DNA of 64,000 nt from Octopus bimaculoides (Eukaryota). Numbering within the stretch: the stretch's first letter is position 1; each line of letters opens with the position of its first letter. The DNA lies in assembly GCF_001194135.2 (NCBI RefSeq), contig NC_068998.1, positions 15,550,142 through 15,614,141 on the forward strand, read 5' to 3'. The notes under the pieces were generated by a model. The model ran no database searches and was not told the origin of the DNA. It saw nothing but the letters and a program-made list of their open reading frames with translations. A program made the position numbers and the translations under genes. Shown piece by piece: positions 45,005 to 57,609 of this stretch.

Positions 45005-45240
45005 ATATATATACAGCCTTATGGTTTATGTGTACTATATATATATATGTAGAGAGGTTTTATGTCGGTATATATAGCCTTATGGTTTATGTGTACTATA
45101 TATAATATATATATATATATATGTAAAGAGGTTTTATGTTGGTATATACAGCCTTATGGTTTATGTGTACTATATACATATATGTGTGTGTGTAAAGAGA
45201 GGTTTTATGTCGGTATATATAGCCTTTATGGTTTATACAC
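45005..45240. repeat. Minisatellite, about 3.5 units of 60-75 bp
   Basis: Unit ATATAYAGCCTTATGGTTTATGTGTACTA(TA)n..TGTARAGAGGTTTTATGTYGGT. Confidence 0.9.
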
Positions 45241-46122
45241 ACATACATGAGTGAAGCATTGTTTAGGCTGAAGCAGCTTTTTCAAATCAACTAGGGTAAA
45301 TCTAATTAAAGTACATATACATATGAATTGTAATCACTAAAAGAAAAAAATTAACCTATTTATCTGTTTTTTTAATAAAAATAGGCAAATCATTTCTAAC
45401 CTTAGTTTAATATCTCACTCCCTGAAGGAAGAAACAAATCTGATGCATTAATTTTTTTGTGTACCTTTGATGAAATATTAATTAATAATTAAATATTAAT
45501 TAATAATTAAATATCAATTACCGTTTTTTGTTTCCTTATTCTTCTTGGTAACAAGTTCAACAAGTCGTTGTTTTGGACGTGAAGGAAAAAAACGCAGCCA
45601 ATAAGTATAATATAATATAGTAGGTGCTTTACACCTCTATATATATATGTGTATATATTTTAAATGCTGAATAATATGTCTTGTATGCTTTACGTTGCTC
45701 ACCGACTGCGAATTATCTTGAGAAGTACAGAGGATTCTAGAAAAGGTTAGAAATGTGACGTAAATGACCACGTGATTTGCCACGTTTGATGGCTGTAAAA
45801 ACTGGAATGGGATCGAAAAAAGAAGCTACTTTTCGCTTACATATGTGGAACAAAAAAAAAATTAGCGGAATAAAAATAAAATGTATACTTCTTTTTTATC
45901 TTTTGTCTTTTGTCTTTTACTTTGTTTCTGTTATTGGACTGAGGTCCTGCTGGGGAATCGCTTTGAAGGGAAAGGGTTTTTAGTTGAAGAAATCGACCCC
46001 CATTGCTTACTAAGCCTGGTACTTATTCTACTGTCGGTCTTTTTTTTTTTGGGTGAAATGGTAAGTTGCAGACACGTAAACAAACCCACACCGGTTGTCA
46101 AGTGGTGGTGGACAAACAACAT

Positions 46123-46168
<46 letters not shown>

Positions 46169-47169
46169 AGTGGATCATATATCCGAAAAGAAGCACACTC
46201 TAAAAGCTATATATATATCATTATCATCATCATCATCATCATTTTAACGTCTGCTGTCCGTGCTGGCATGAGTGGCTGGTTTGACTAAGGCTGATAAGCT
46301 AAGGGGATGCACCAGACTCCAGTCTGATTTGGCATAGTTTCTATGGTTGTATGCCCTTTTTAATGTCAACCACTCTGAGAGTGTAATGAGTGCTTTTACA
46401 TGTCACTGACATGAGTGCCAGTTGCGTGGCACCGGTATCTGTCACAACTACGATTTCACTTCATTTGATGGATCTTCTACTCAAGCATAGCATATTGCCA
46501 AAAGGTCTCAGTCATTTATCATTGCCTCCATGAGGTCGAACACTCGAAAGGTGCTTCTTACATGCCACTGGCACAGATGCTAGTTACCCAACACTGGCAT
46601 TGGTCACATTGCCTCTGTGAGGCCCAACGCTTGTAAGGTACTTTTTATGTTCCACTTATATGACACTGGCATTGGCCACGACTATAATTTCACTTCGTCT
46701 GATGGGTCTTCTCAAGTATGGTATATCACCAAAGGTCTCAGTCACTAGTCATTGCTTCTGTGGGGCCCAACATTTGAAGATCATGCTTCACCACTTCACT
46801 CATCCCATGTCTTCCTGGGTCTACCTCTTATATATATATATATATATATATATACACGCACACACACACACACATACATATGTACAGTAATGCCTTGATA
46901 TATGAGTTAATTTGTTCCCAGAGACTTCTCATAAAGCAAAACTTTTAAAGCATAGCAATAATTTCTTGAGGCACCAATGAAATTTTATGCTGTCATTTTA
47001 CTCTGTCATTGTGTAGAGGTGTCAGAACCAGTGTTGTCACATGTTGTGATGTTGCCACACACACAAAATAGTTGTTTAACCTTTTTATATTTATCACACA
47101 GTAAAACTTGTAAACCCAGGGTCTCGTAAAGTGAGGTATTACTATATATATATAAATATATGTGTGTGT

Positions 47170-47338
47170 CTACAAATCTAATGGATGCCCCAAAAGATAT
47201 TTTAAGATCCACAAAAATCAGAACTTAACTGCAGCTCTTGGTGGTCCATATCAGACATGCAATCTATGTGGGTGTTTTTTCAATACAATGTATGGTTTAA
47301 AAAGCCACATCAAATGCCATGATGGATCTAAGGTGTAA
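47170..47338 (+). pseudogene. Isolated C2H2 zinc-finger frame, probably a LINE ORF C-terminus
   Basis: YKSNGCPKRYFKIHKNQNLTAALGGPYQT-CNLCGCFFNTMYGLKSHIKCH-DGSKV* (C-x2-C-x12-H-x3-H). Confidence 0.55.
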
Positions 47339-48779
47339 GTACAAGACAGAATTTGCTGGGGATTTTCCTCTGCATGAGGAGTAGATAACCACCATATCTA
47401 TGATCAGCTTCTTTCAGAGTCTATCTGCATAAGATACTTGCCTTATGTGCTGGGCAGTGGGACTGAACCCAAGACCACATAGTTAGGAAGTAAACTTCTT
47501 ACCCACACTGTCACACCAAAAATCTTTCATTTTTTTTCTTTTTCTTCCAGAAAGAGAGTGTTATTTCCTTATGATTAAAATGTATAGGAAAAGGCTATTA
47601 TTTTCTTCAAATTTCACTTTTGATATTTTTTTTGAAATTCGAAATATTTTGAAATTTACCAAGCTAGAAATAGTAATATTTATATTACCAAGACCTTAAA
47701 CTCACTTTAGATCCAACTGTCTAAGTGTTTAAAGCTTTTGTTACCTTATTTGTGTTGAAATACACTGCCTTTGTTTCAATTAATTTTTAAAATAATGAAG
47801 AATTTAATAAAACAGTTTTGTCATTTATTAGCTGGTAAACATAAATTAACATGAAATTTTGATGAAGGTCTTAATTTAGATCACTCTAGAATAAAAAGTT
47901 TATATCATCATCTGGTTTCACCAGTCCTCAGTCAAATCGTCCAACCCATACTAGCATGGAAAGTGGACGTTAAGCGATGATGATGATCCAAGGGTGATTT
48001 TATGTTGATTAGTAACAGAAGCTTTCTGCATTCAAACTAGATGGCATCAAGAGGTTACAGCATCTGGCTGACACATTTTGCTATATCTGTAGCCAATTTA
48101 TTTAGACAATAATGAAAACATGCTGTGTGGCAACATCTGGTAAAATGTATGAGGTATAGAAAGCATATTTTAGTATGGCTATTGGGGATCAAGACAAATT
48201 CTAGACACTTCATTTCACCTGTTAGTACAGTAAAAAAAAAAAAAAAAAATTCAAGACAGTGGTTCTCAACTATTTTTTGCCTATGAACTACTTTGATTAT
48301 TATTTTACTCTGGTGGACCTCATAACCTCTCAATGTTTAAAAACTAGTTTTATAGATGTTTCTTTCAAAATTCCCATTTGGTTTTTCAAACATTAACTTG
48401 TGGAAACTGAACTATGTAAAACATTAAAGAAAGAAACCCAGCTGTTTTTTTCCAATAAATACATCTAAATTAAAATTTTTTCATAGACCTTTAATATACT
48501 ACTGTGTGTACTCAATTTACTATTTTGCTTGTGTGAAACCCCCTCCCCAGTTAAAGTGTTGGGCTCACAGTCATGAGGTAGTGAGTTCAATTCCCTGACC
48601 GGGCTGTGTGTTATGTTCTTGAGCAAGACACTATTTCACATTGCTCCAGTTCACTCAGCTGTAGAAAAGAGTTGCAATGTCACTGGTGCCAAGCAATATC
48701 CGGCCTTTGCTTTTCCCTTGGATAACATTTGTGATGTGGAGAGGAGAAGCCGGTATGCTTGGGCGACTGCCATAAACAA

Positions 48780-49450
48780 CGCTTTCTGATTCCACACTGT
48801 CAGCTACAATGTTCACAAGGGCTTGGTTGTGTTCCATAACACTCTTTCACCTATATGTCAACAACCTACTTGGCACCATCTCTAATGATACTCACTCCTA
48901 TATAGTTGATGCCCTTCACTTCTGCAGCAAAGAATTGTCTATGTGCAATATAAATATCTCAAACAAAATTTGTATTGGGTCTCTTAACAGATGCCCTGCA
49001 AACATGCTGAAATGGAATCGTACCAGTTTTGTTTTTATCATTATCAAAAAGTGACAATCACTGCACATACTGAGAAAATTTTGTTGGTCCCACCCTTTAT
49101 GAGAGCATGTAACTAGAATCTTTAAAATTGTTTCAAATGTCAGGTCTCACCTTCTCTCCTGGTGAATATGCTCAATATAACAGTGACTATCTTCTTGAGA
49201 GTCAGAAAATAAATACTTCATTTTCCAGGAATTGCATATCCTCTATGTGGGTGCAGTATTCATGATTGAATACTGCACCCCTATTTGGGTTAGTGCTATT
49301 ATTACCCAAGCAGATATTCAAGAATGGACCCACATAAAAAAGACCACTTGAACTATAAACATGAAGTTGCTCACCAATGCACATCAATCCCTAGCTCATA
49401 AATATGTCTGGCCATGAGGAATTGTGACCTTGCTTGGAACTAGTTGCCTA
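48780..49450 (+). mobile_element. Decayed CR1/L2/Jockey-group LINE RT fragment
   Basis: TLFHLYVNNLLGTISNDTHSYIVD resembles TLFLLYINDL......HSYADD. Confidence 0.6.
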
Positions 49451-49965
49451 AATTTTTTAAATATAAATATCATATTCTTTTAAATCCATGTATTTTTATT
49501 ACTTTTGTTACTTTTTATTTCAATTTAAATGACTGCAAAATAGTGATTTACCACCTGGTTTTTCCAGTTAGCGTGAGACGAGAGTCGACGACTTTCGTTT
49601 CGGCATCTGTGGTACATATTTCACGTTTTACAAGTCCTTTCTTTTTAGTTTCCTTGTTCTATTTTTTTTTTATTTAATCTATTGGATACACGACCTTCAC
49701 TCTTTGTGAGAACTTCTTTGTCCATAAATAATTGTTTCTGTGGTAGAAATTCGCGGATTTTAATTGAATTGTAGGAAAGAATCTGAAATATTGAAGATCC
49801 GATCCTCTTCGTATAAGCATAAATACAATGAATTATCTACTGCCGGAAATAGAAGTCCGGTTGTAAACGCCGTTTGCCGGGTGCTGACAAATTACTTGGC
49901 TGACAATTATATAATTTAAATTGTGAGTGGATTTAGTAGACGGAAACTGAAAGAAGCCTGTTGTA

Positions 49966-50022
<57 letters not shown>

Positions 50023-50776
50023 GTGTGTGTATNNNNNNNNNNATATATATGTATGTATGTGTGTGTGTATGTTTGTGTGTCTGTGTTTGTCCCCCCTAAC
50101 TTCGCTTGACAACCGATGCTGGTGTGTTTACGTCCCCGTAACTTAGCGGTTCGGCAAAAAGACACCGATAGAATAAGTACTAGGCTTCCAAAGAATAAGT
50201 CCTGGGGTCGATTTGCTCGACTAAAGGCGGTGCTCCAGCATGGCCGCAGTCAAATGACTGAAACAAGTAAAAGAGTAAAAGATACTGTTCTTTGGAATTA
50301 TATGAAATGAATTGTGGTTTTAAGAAGATCGTACCTTACTTCAAGTGGATTTAAGGAATATATTAAGGGAAACTACTACAAGTGAGACTCGAAAGCGGCT
50401 GAATTGAGCTATTGGCTACTTAGTTGTTTCTTAATGTTCGGCGTTTGATTAAAGAAAGGAAATCTTTCCATAATTTCCTTTAGTTTAACCACAAGGATAA
50501 TTTTCGCAAGGGTGGTGGTGATATATAGTTGATCAAATCGTAGATTATACGTTTTTTCTTTATTATTTAGTTAGTTTTTGGAATGATGAAAATTGTAATT
50601 TATATCGATAAGGCTCGGGTAGGGAGAGATGAATGAATAAAATAATTCATTTTAATCCATTGTTTCAGTTGATTTTCTGAACTTTTGACTTAGAAATAAT
50701 ACATTTGAAATAAATAAATCCACCCTAATTAATCAAGCTAATTAGAAAGAAAAAAAAAGAAACATTACAATATTGT

Positions 50777-50813
<37 letters not shown>

Positions 50814-51546
50814 TTTCATTCATTCTTGTATTGTATGCCAGTAAAAATCTTCAAGTCATGACCTGCATTAGCAACATATGTAAATTTGGTAAATTTTTTT
50901 CAAGTCTGGAAACAAACTGCTAGCTGTTTGTTTTTTTTTTTTATTGAACTTCAAAATGTTTTGTAAACTTATTGCTTATAAATATACATATTTATTTACT
51001 TCCTTATAGCCTTTGCAGATTATCACTTAAAAAATGGATTAACATGATTTTTTTTCTCCGAAATCTTTCACTTTTTGTTAACGTGAAAACATTTGGATAA
51101 ATTCCAGTGCACTGAAAGTGAAAAACAAAAGCCTACGAGGCCGAAGAAATTTAAAAAATGTTTGAATGGAATAAAAAATGACAAGCCCAGTATCAGTTCG
51201 GCCGCATATATATATTTTTACATTTGAGTACGGCCATGCTGGGGCACCGCCTTGAGGAATTTTAATTGAACTAATCGATCCCGGTCTCTCTTTCGCCGAA
51301 CGTAAACAACACTGGTCGTAATCGGTGGTGGGGGACAAACATAGATACATAGACAGACACACAGACACACACACGATGGGTTTCTTTCCGTTTCCGTCTA
51401 CCAAATCCATCCACGCTGCCTTGGTCAGCTCGAGGTTGAAGTAGGTGTCACGCAGTGGGACTGGACCCGGAACCATGTGGTTGCAAAGCAAACTTCTTAA
51501 CAGCCACGCCTGCGCTTATATACATACACACATACATACATACATA

Positions 51547-51598
<52 letters not shown>

Positions 51599-51681
51599 GG
51601 GATAAAAATCCAAAATTACAGGTAAAAACTCAATTAAAATCAATTTATTAAAAATTAAAATTAAATTAAGTTTCACATTAT

Positions 51682-51742
<61 letters not shown>

Positions 51743-53234
51743 CTTTATTTTACTTGTTTCAGTCATTTGACTGCGGCCATGCCGAAGCACCGCCCTTAGT
51801 CGAACTAATCGATCCCAATACTTATTTTCTTTTTTAAGCCTTGTACTTATTCTATCGTAGTCTTTTGCCGAATCGCTAGGTCATGGTTACTTAAACACAC
51901 CAGCACTGGTTGTCATGCGGTGGTGTTGGGACACATACACACACACACACATGTATATAAATTCATATAGGCGCAGGAGTGGCTGTGTGGTAACCACATG
52001 GTTCCCAGTTCAATCCCACTGTATGGCACCTTGGGCATGTGTCTTCTATAGCCTCAGGCTGACCAAAAGCCTTGTAATGGAAGCTGAAAGAAGCCCGTCG
52101 TATATCCATCCATCTATACAAACATACACTAGCGTAGAGTGTGTACTGCCCCCGGACCCCATATATACATGAAAAAGAGAAAATAGATGACGGTGATGAG
52201 TATTCAGAGATAGAATTGAAAGGAAGAAGAGTATGGTGATCATGGGGTATAAGGCCAGAAAGGGAGAGATGAAAGGGTCTGGAGGTGAGGAAAAAGCTGT
52301 GGGTGAGAGAGGACAGTGAGAGAAAGATAGGCAACTAGGGAGTGGTGGCGGTAATACATTCTAGATACTGTTTGAAGTTGTTTATATGGGGTAACTTTAC
52401 ATTAAGGAGTGGAAAGCACAATTTCCTGCAATTCAGACTGTCTCATGCTAATACCATGAGGCAACTAGAGACGAATGAATGGCAGTCAACAAGTATCACA
52501 ATTGGGAAAATTTGAGATATGAATGATAGGCTGGTGACTGAAATGAATGAGAAGGTGGAGCTAAAAGAGAAAGTGAAGACAGGAAATGTGTTGAGGATGG
52601 ACGTCTATACAATACTTTATGCATAGGCCCAGTCAAAGATGGGAAAAGTATAGTGACATTCTGATTAGTTAGTTACCTGTTATAACCAGAAATATATTGG
52701 TCAACTTACTCTTTACTCTTTTACTTGTTTCAGTCATTTGACTGCGGCCATGCTGGAGCACCGCCTTTTAGTTGAGCAAATCAACCCCAGGACTTATTCT
52801 TTGGAAGCCTAGTACTTATTCTATCGGTGTCTTTTGCCGTAAACACACCACCATCGGTTGTCAAGCGATGGTGGAGGGACAAACACATACATATATATAT
52901 ATACACATATATACGACGGGCTTCTTTCAGTTTCCATCTACCAAATCCACTCACAAGGCTTTTTTCTTTTATTTTTTTACCTGTTTCAGTCATTGGACTG
53001 CAGTCATGCTGGAGCACCACTTTGAAGGGTTTTAGTCAAACATATCGACCCCAGGATTTTTTTTAAAGCCTGGCACTTATTTTATCAGTCTTTTGCTGAA
53101 AAACTAAGCTATGGGGGATATAATCACACTAGCACCAGTTGTCAAGTGGTGGAGGGGAAAACACACACACACAATGGGCTTCTTTCACTTTCTGCCTACC
53201 AAATTTTATGTAACTCAACCAACCTCCACACTGG

Positions 53235-54521
53235 TCAAAAGGGATAAACATCCTTCTGATAAACATCCATTAATGCTATATCTCCTGAAGAAATAAATCC
53301 ATGAAGATGATCTATCTGATGCCCATGGAAACAACAAACTACACTGTAATCATTCCTGGAATACGGACTGTAATCTTAAGAGACATGTGATTAGTGGAAA
53401 CAGATGTAGCGATGCATTAAATGTTTATAAATTCCATCCAAGGATTATTGTTATTACAATACACACACACATGTATATTTGTGTGTTGATGTTAGTTTGT
53501 TTACATCCCTGTGGCTTAGTGGTTCAGCAAAAGAGAGTGATAGAATGGATACCAAATTTAAAAGATAAGTACTAGAGTCAATTTGTTTGACTAAAATTCT
53601 TCGAGGTGGTACCCCAGCATGCTACAGTCCAGTGACTGAAACAAGTAAAATATAAAAGGAGAGTATTGCAGTTCGCTTGAAGCATTGTGTATTGTTTGTA
53701 AAGAATAAAAGTTTTGAATGGTACAACAATGCACTATAATACATAAATGGACTATATACCTGTTGTAATTTAGTTATCTATAGTCCGATGATATTTCGGA
53801 ATACAATTCCTTATAGCAGAGACTCCATCTAAGAATATCTGAAGAAGGAATTGTATTCTGAAATATCATCGGACTATAGATAACTAAATTATAACAGGTA
53901 TATAGTCCATTTTTTTTGTTCTATAGTGCATTGTTGTACCATTCAAAACTTTTTATTCTTTACAAAATATAAAAGATAAAAGGTGGATTTTTGAGGGACT
54001 GCAAAAGAAAGAGATGACAACAGTGAGTAAGCCAGGAGGATGAATTGAATAGATTTGATGAAAATTAGAGATTGGGCACCCAAAGCTAAAAGTTATAGAA
54101 GGGAAAAGGAAAGGTTTTTTTGCCAGCAATGGGAGAGCAATGGTTGATTTGATTAAATACTGCTTTTGTGTGCTTTTCTGGTCTTGTGCCAATGTAAGCA
54201 ATTATGTGCCTATGTATATGTGTGTGTTCAAGTAGTTGTAATGCTCACACTGTCTTGCAAGCTCCATATAAAATATTAAATAACTACTAGTTATTGACCT
54301 TCAGGAGAAGATATTGATTTTGTTTTTTTTATAAAGAAAAAATGAACAACTATGTGATGTATCTATGTCATACAATGAAAAGATAGTGACTTTTATGCTT
54401 TAGTTTTTACTTGATCTAATTGTTGTTAAAACGATCAAATCAATTTACTTGGCATTTTCATGATCAGAAATATCTATAGATGGGTAATAACCTTTATCAA
54501 ATTCTAGATAAAACCAGTGAT
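53235..54521 (-). CDS. Candidate unannotated exon pair (54521-54449 + 53367-53235), product unknown
   Basis: ttcttcag|73 nt|gtaaat, then a CTAAT branch and attacag| acceptor; phases join into xHWFYLEFDKGYYPSIDISDHENANPYSRNDYSVVCCFHGHQIDHLHGFISSGDIALMDVYQKDVYPF*; no family recognised. Confidence 0.3.
53695..53966. repeat. Long near-perfect inverted repeat (arms ~118 and ~122 bp, 32-nt loop)
   Basis: 53695-53812 is the reverse complement of 53845-53966 except two transitions and one short divergent patch. Confidence 0.95.
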
Positions 54522-54954
54522 CTGAAGAATTGTTTAAGACGAGACAATAAAATAAGTATTTGGTAGTGTGCTGGTTCAAATTGTTTTCTATTTTATATGT
54601 TTAGTGTTGAAAACACTTGTAAGTATGCAATCAGCCATTTTAATGTTGAAATCTGCATTGTGTCATGTATGGAAAGGTTACTCATGTTAAACTTTTTATT
54701 AAACATTTTTCATTCTATAAATGTTTTCGAAAACTTACTTGATAATATTTTTTTCCATTAAAAATTAAGGTGTATTAAAGGGCAATAAGAATAAACAGAA
54801 AATATCTATTATTTATGTAAGGACCTAGACTTGAGAATTCGTTCCAGAAATGTTAAAATTGTCTCCCTTATATAATACCTAACACACTTATACATACATA
54901 CATACATGCAAACACACACACACATACGTATATATGTATGTGTGTGTGTATATA

Positions 54955-54985
<31 letters not shown>

Positions 54986-55744
54986 NNNNNNNNNNNNNNN
55001 NNNNNNNNNNNNNNNNNNNNNNNNNNNNNNNNNNNNNNNNNNNNNNNNNNNNNNNNNNNNNNNNNNNNNNNNNNNNNNNNNNNNNNNNNNNNNNNNNNNN
55101 NNNNNNNNNNNNNNNNNNNNNNNNNNNNNNNNNNNNNNNNNNNNNNNNNNNNNNNNNNNNNNNNNNNNNNNNNNNNNNNNNNNNNNNNNNNNNNNNNNNN
55201 NNNNNNNNNNNNNNNNNNNNNNNNNNNNNNNNNNNNNNNNNNNNNNNNNNNNNNNNNNNNNNNNNNNNNNNNNNNNNNNNNNNNNNNNNNNNNNNNNNNN
55301 NNNNNNNNNNNNNNNNNNNNNNNNNNNNNNNNNNNNNNNNNNNNNNNNNNNNNNNNNNNNNNNNNNNNNNNNNNNNNNNNNNNNNNNNNNNNNNNNNNNN
55401 NNNNNNNNNNNNNNNNNNNNNNNNNNNNNNNNNNNNNNNNNNNNNNNNNNNNNNNNNNNNNNNNNNNNNNNNNNNNNNNNNNNNNNNNNNNNNNNNNNNN
55501 NNNNNNNNNNNNNNNNNNNNNNNNNNNNNNNNNNNNNNNNNNNNNNNNNNNNNNNNNNNNNNNNNNNNNNNNNNNNNNNNNNNNNNNNNNNNNNNNNNNN
55601 NNNNNNNNNNNNNNNNNNNNNNNNNNNNNNNNNNNNNNNNNNNNNNNNNNNNNNNNNNNNNNNNNNNNNNNNNNNNNNNNNNNNNNNNNNNNNNNNNNNN
55701 NNNNNNNNNNNNNNNNNNNNNNNNNNNNNNNNNNNNNNNNNNNN

Positions 55745-55787
<43 letters not shown>

Positions 55788-55844
55788 CATGTGTGTGTGT
55801 ATGTATGTATGTACATATTTGTATGTATATTGTATGTGTATTCA

Positions 55845-57300
55845 TTACTTTATCCCACTGGGTCTCTTTCTTCCACAGGTTCTATCCACATTCAGCAATT
55901 GACAATTCTTTATACTGCTGTCCACATTCATACACATCACATGACCATTCCAGAGCAATCTTCTCTCTTGCACCCTGCATCTGATGTCTCTTACGCTCAG
56001 TTTTTCTCTCAACATATTTGCACTTTGTTGTACTTGCACACCGACATTGTACATTCAGCAGAGCATTCTGGCTTCATTTCTTTACAGTCTTTGCATAGTC
56101 TCTGCATTCACAACCCACATTTCACTCCTATGTAGCTTTGTTGTTTGTACACTAGCATCATAGAGTCTGCCTTTCACTTTGAGAGAGGCCTTTTGTTATC
56201 AACAGTGGTAATACCTCTCTGAACTGTCTCCATCCTATTGTTATTCCAGCGACAATACTTTCATAACAACCTCTTCTGCTGCTAATTAGATCACCTAGGT
56301 AACAAAAACTATCTACTACTTCTAAGGATTCTCCTGGGCATTTGAGAAAATCTGTTTCTTGTGTGTTTTTAATGTTTATCACTTCTGCAATAAACACTAA
56401 GAACATATTTTCTCTGTTAAACTTTCTGTGATTCTAATGCATTCTTTGTGTGTCCATAGCTTGCACTGGGTGAGCAGGGTGGTATATCTGAAGGAAGTAA
56501 AGATCTCTCTGTTTTCTTGCTGACTAGAACTTTGGTTTTTGCTAAGTTAACTTTAAGGACTTTTGATTCCTTTTTTTTTTTTTTTTTTTGCCACACCTGG
56601 AATTTCTTTCGTAATTCCTTTTCAGATCCAGCTATAAGAACACGGTCATCTGCATAGAAGCATTCTCATGTACCACCAGTCTTAAACTCTTTTGTCTTGG
56701 TCTGGAGATCTCTGATGAATTGGAGGGTACTGAGAACTCCTACTTGCCCCCTAAATTCATTGCTGTACTCATTGTTAAATCTCACCTTACTGATAGCATC
56801 CCTATACATGGCTTGAATGGTTCTCACCAGCCATTTGTCTACTACAAGCTTCCACAGTGACTACCAGATCAGGAAGCAAGAGACCCTGTTGAAGGTTTTC
56901 TCTAGGTTGACAAATACTAAGTGCAGTTATTTATTTTTGGTTAAATACTTCTCCTACGGTTACCTTGCCAAAAAGAGAGCATCAGTAGAAATTCAGCCTG
57001 ACACAAAACCAAATTACATCTCATCTAGGCCAGAATCTCATGGAGGAGATGACAAAGAATCACAGTAACTAGTGCTTTGCTGTGCTTAAGAAGCCATTCA
57101 TCTCAGCAAAAATTGAGGTCCTAAAAGCCTGTCCTTTATGTCTATGTCCCTGCATGTAATCTGTCCCTGTCAAGCCTTCTCTGCAACTTCACTTCTGATT
57201 ATTAATTGCTCCATCACTCTTCTAACTAAAACCCTATTTATTCAATTGCTGAACTTTTTTGAGAGTAGAACTGCACATATTTCACCTGCCTTTTGTGCTA
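55845..57300 (-). mobile_element. Decayed RTE LINE (RT domain and C-terminus)
   Basis: YADD at 56656-56645; EVVDSFCYLGDLISS; QERRLLWNGHV. Confidence 0.85.
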
Positions 57301-57609
57301 CAAGTTATCTCTCTCTCTGGAACCATGTTTTTTGTCACCCATTCCGTTTTTCTTGATATCATCTCTTCCCACTTCATTTTCCACTGAGTACCCCTTTTCC
57401 TTGAACACTCCCTCATATCTATTATTGTTTCCCCCACTGCCTTTATTTGTCACCCACTATATCAATCTCTATGTACTTCTGACTTCTGTCTCTGTCACAG
57501 AGCATCCCTCTCTCACCTCCAAGCCCACACACCTCACATCATCTCACATCGTCTCCCTACTTTTCAACTTTATACAGTCTTATTTAACATCTGATTTGCA
57601 TTACACTAC

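Noticed and set aside
45005-45240. CRISPR-like array
   Set aside because: Eukaryotic DNA; the spacers are (TA)n variants rather than unique sequences; no cas genes
49990-50075. Direct repeat on either side of the 10-N gap (similar at 58457-58600)
   Set aside because: Probably overlapping contig ends around a microsatellite, i.e. an assembly artefact
50990-51110. Exon-like segment on the - strand (ctttcag|TGCACTGG...)
   Set aside because: All frames close quickly with no recognisable protein and no phase-linked partner that adds support
52330-52650. Possible Penelope RT remnant on the - strand (YRRPS...FSQL)
   Set aside because: Similarity too weak and fragmented to call without a profile search
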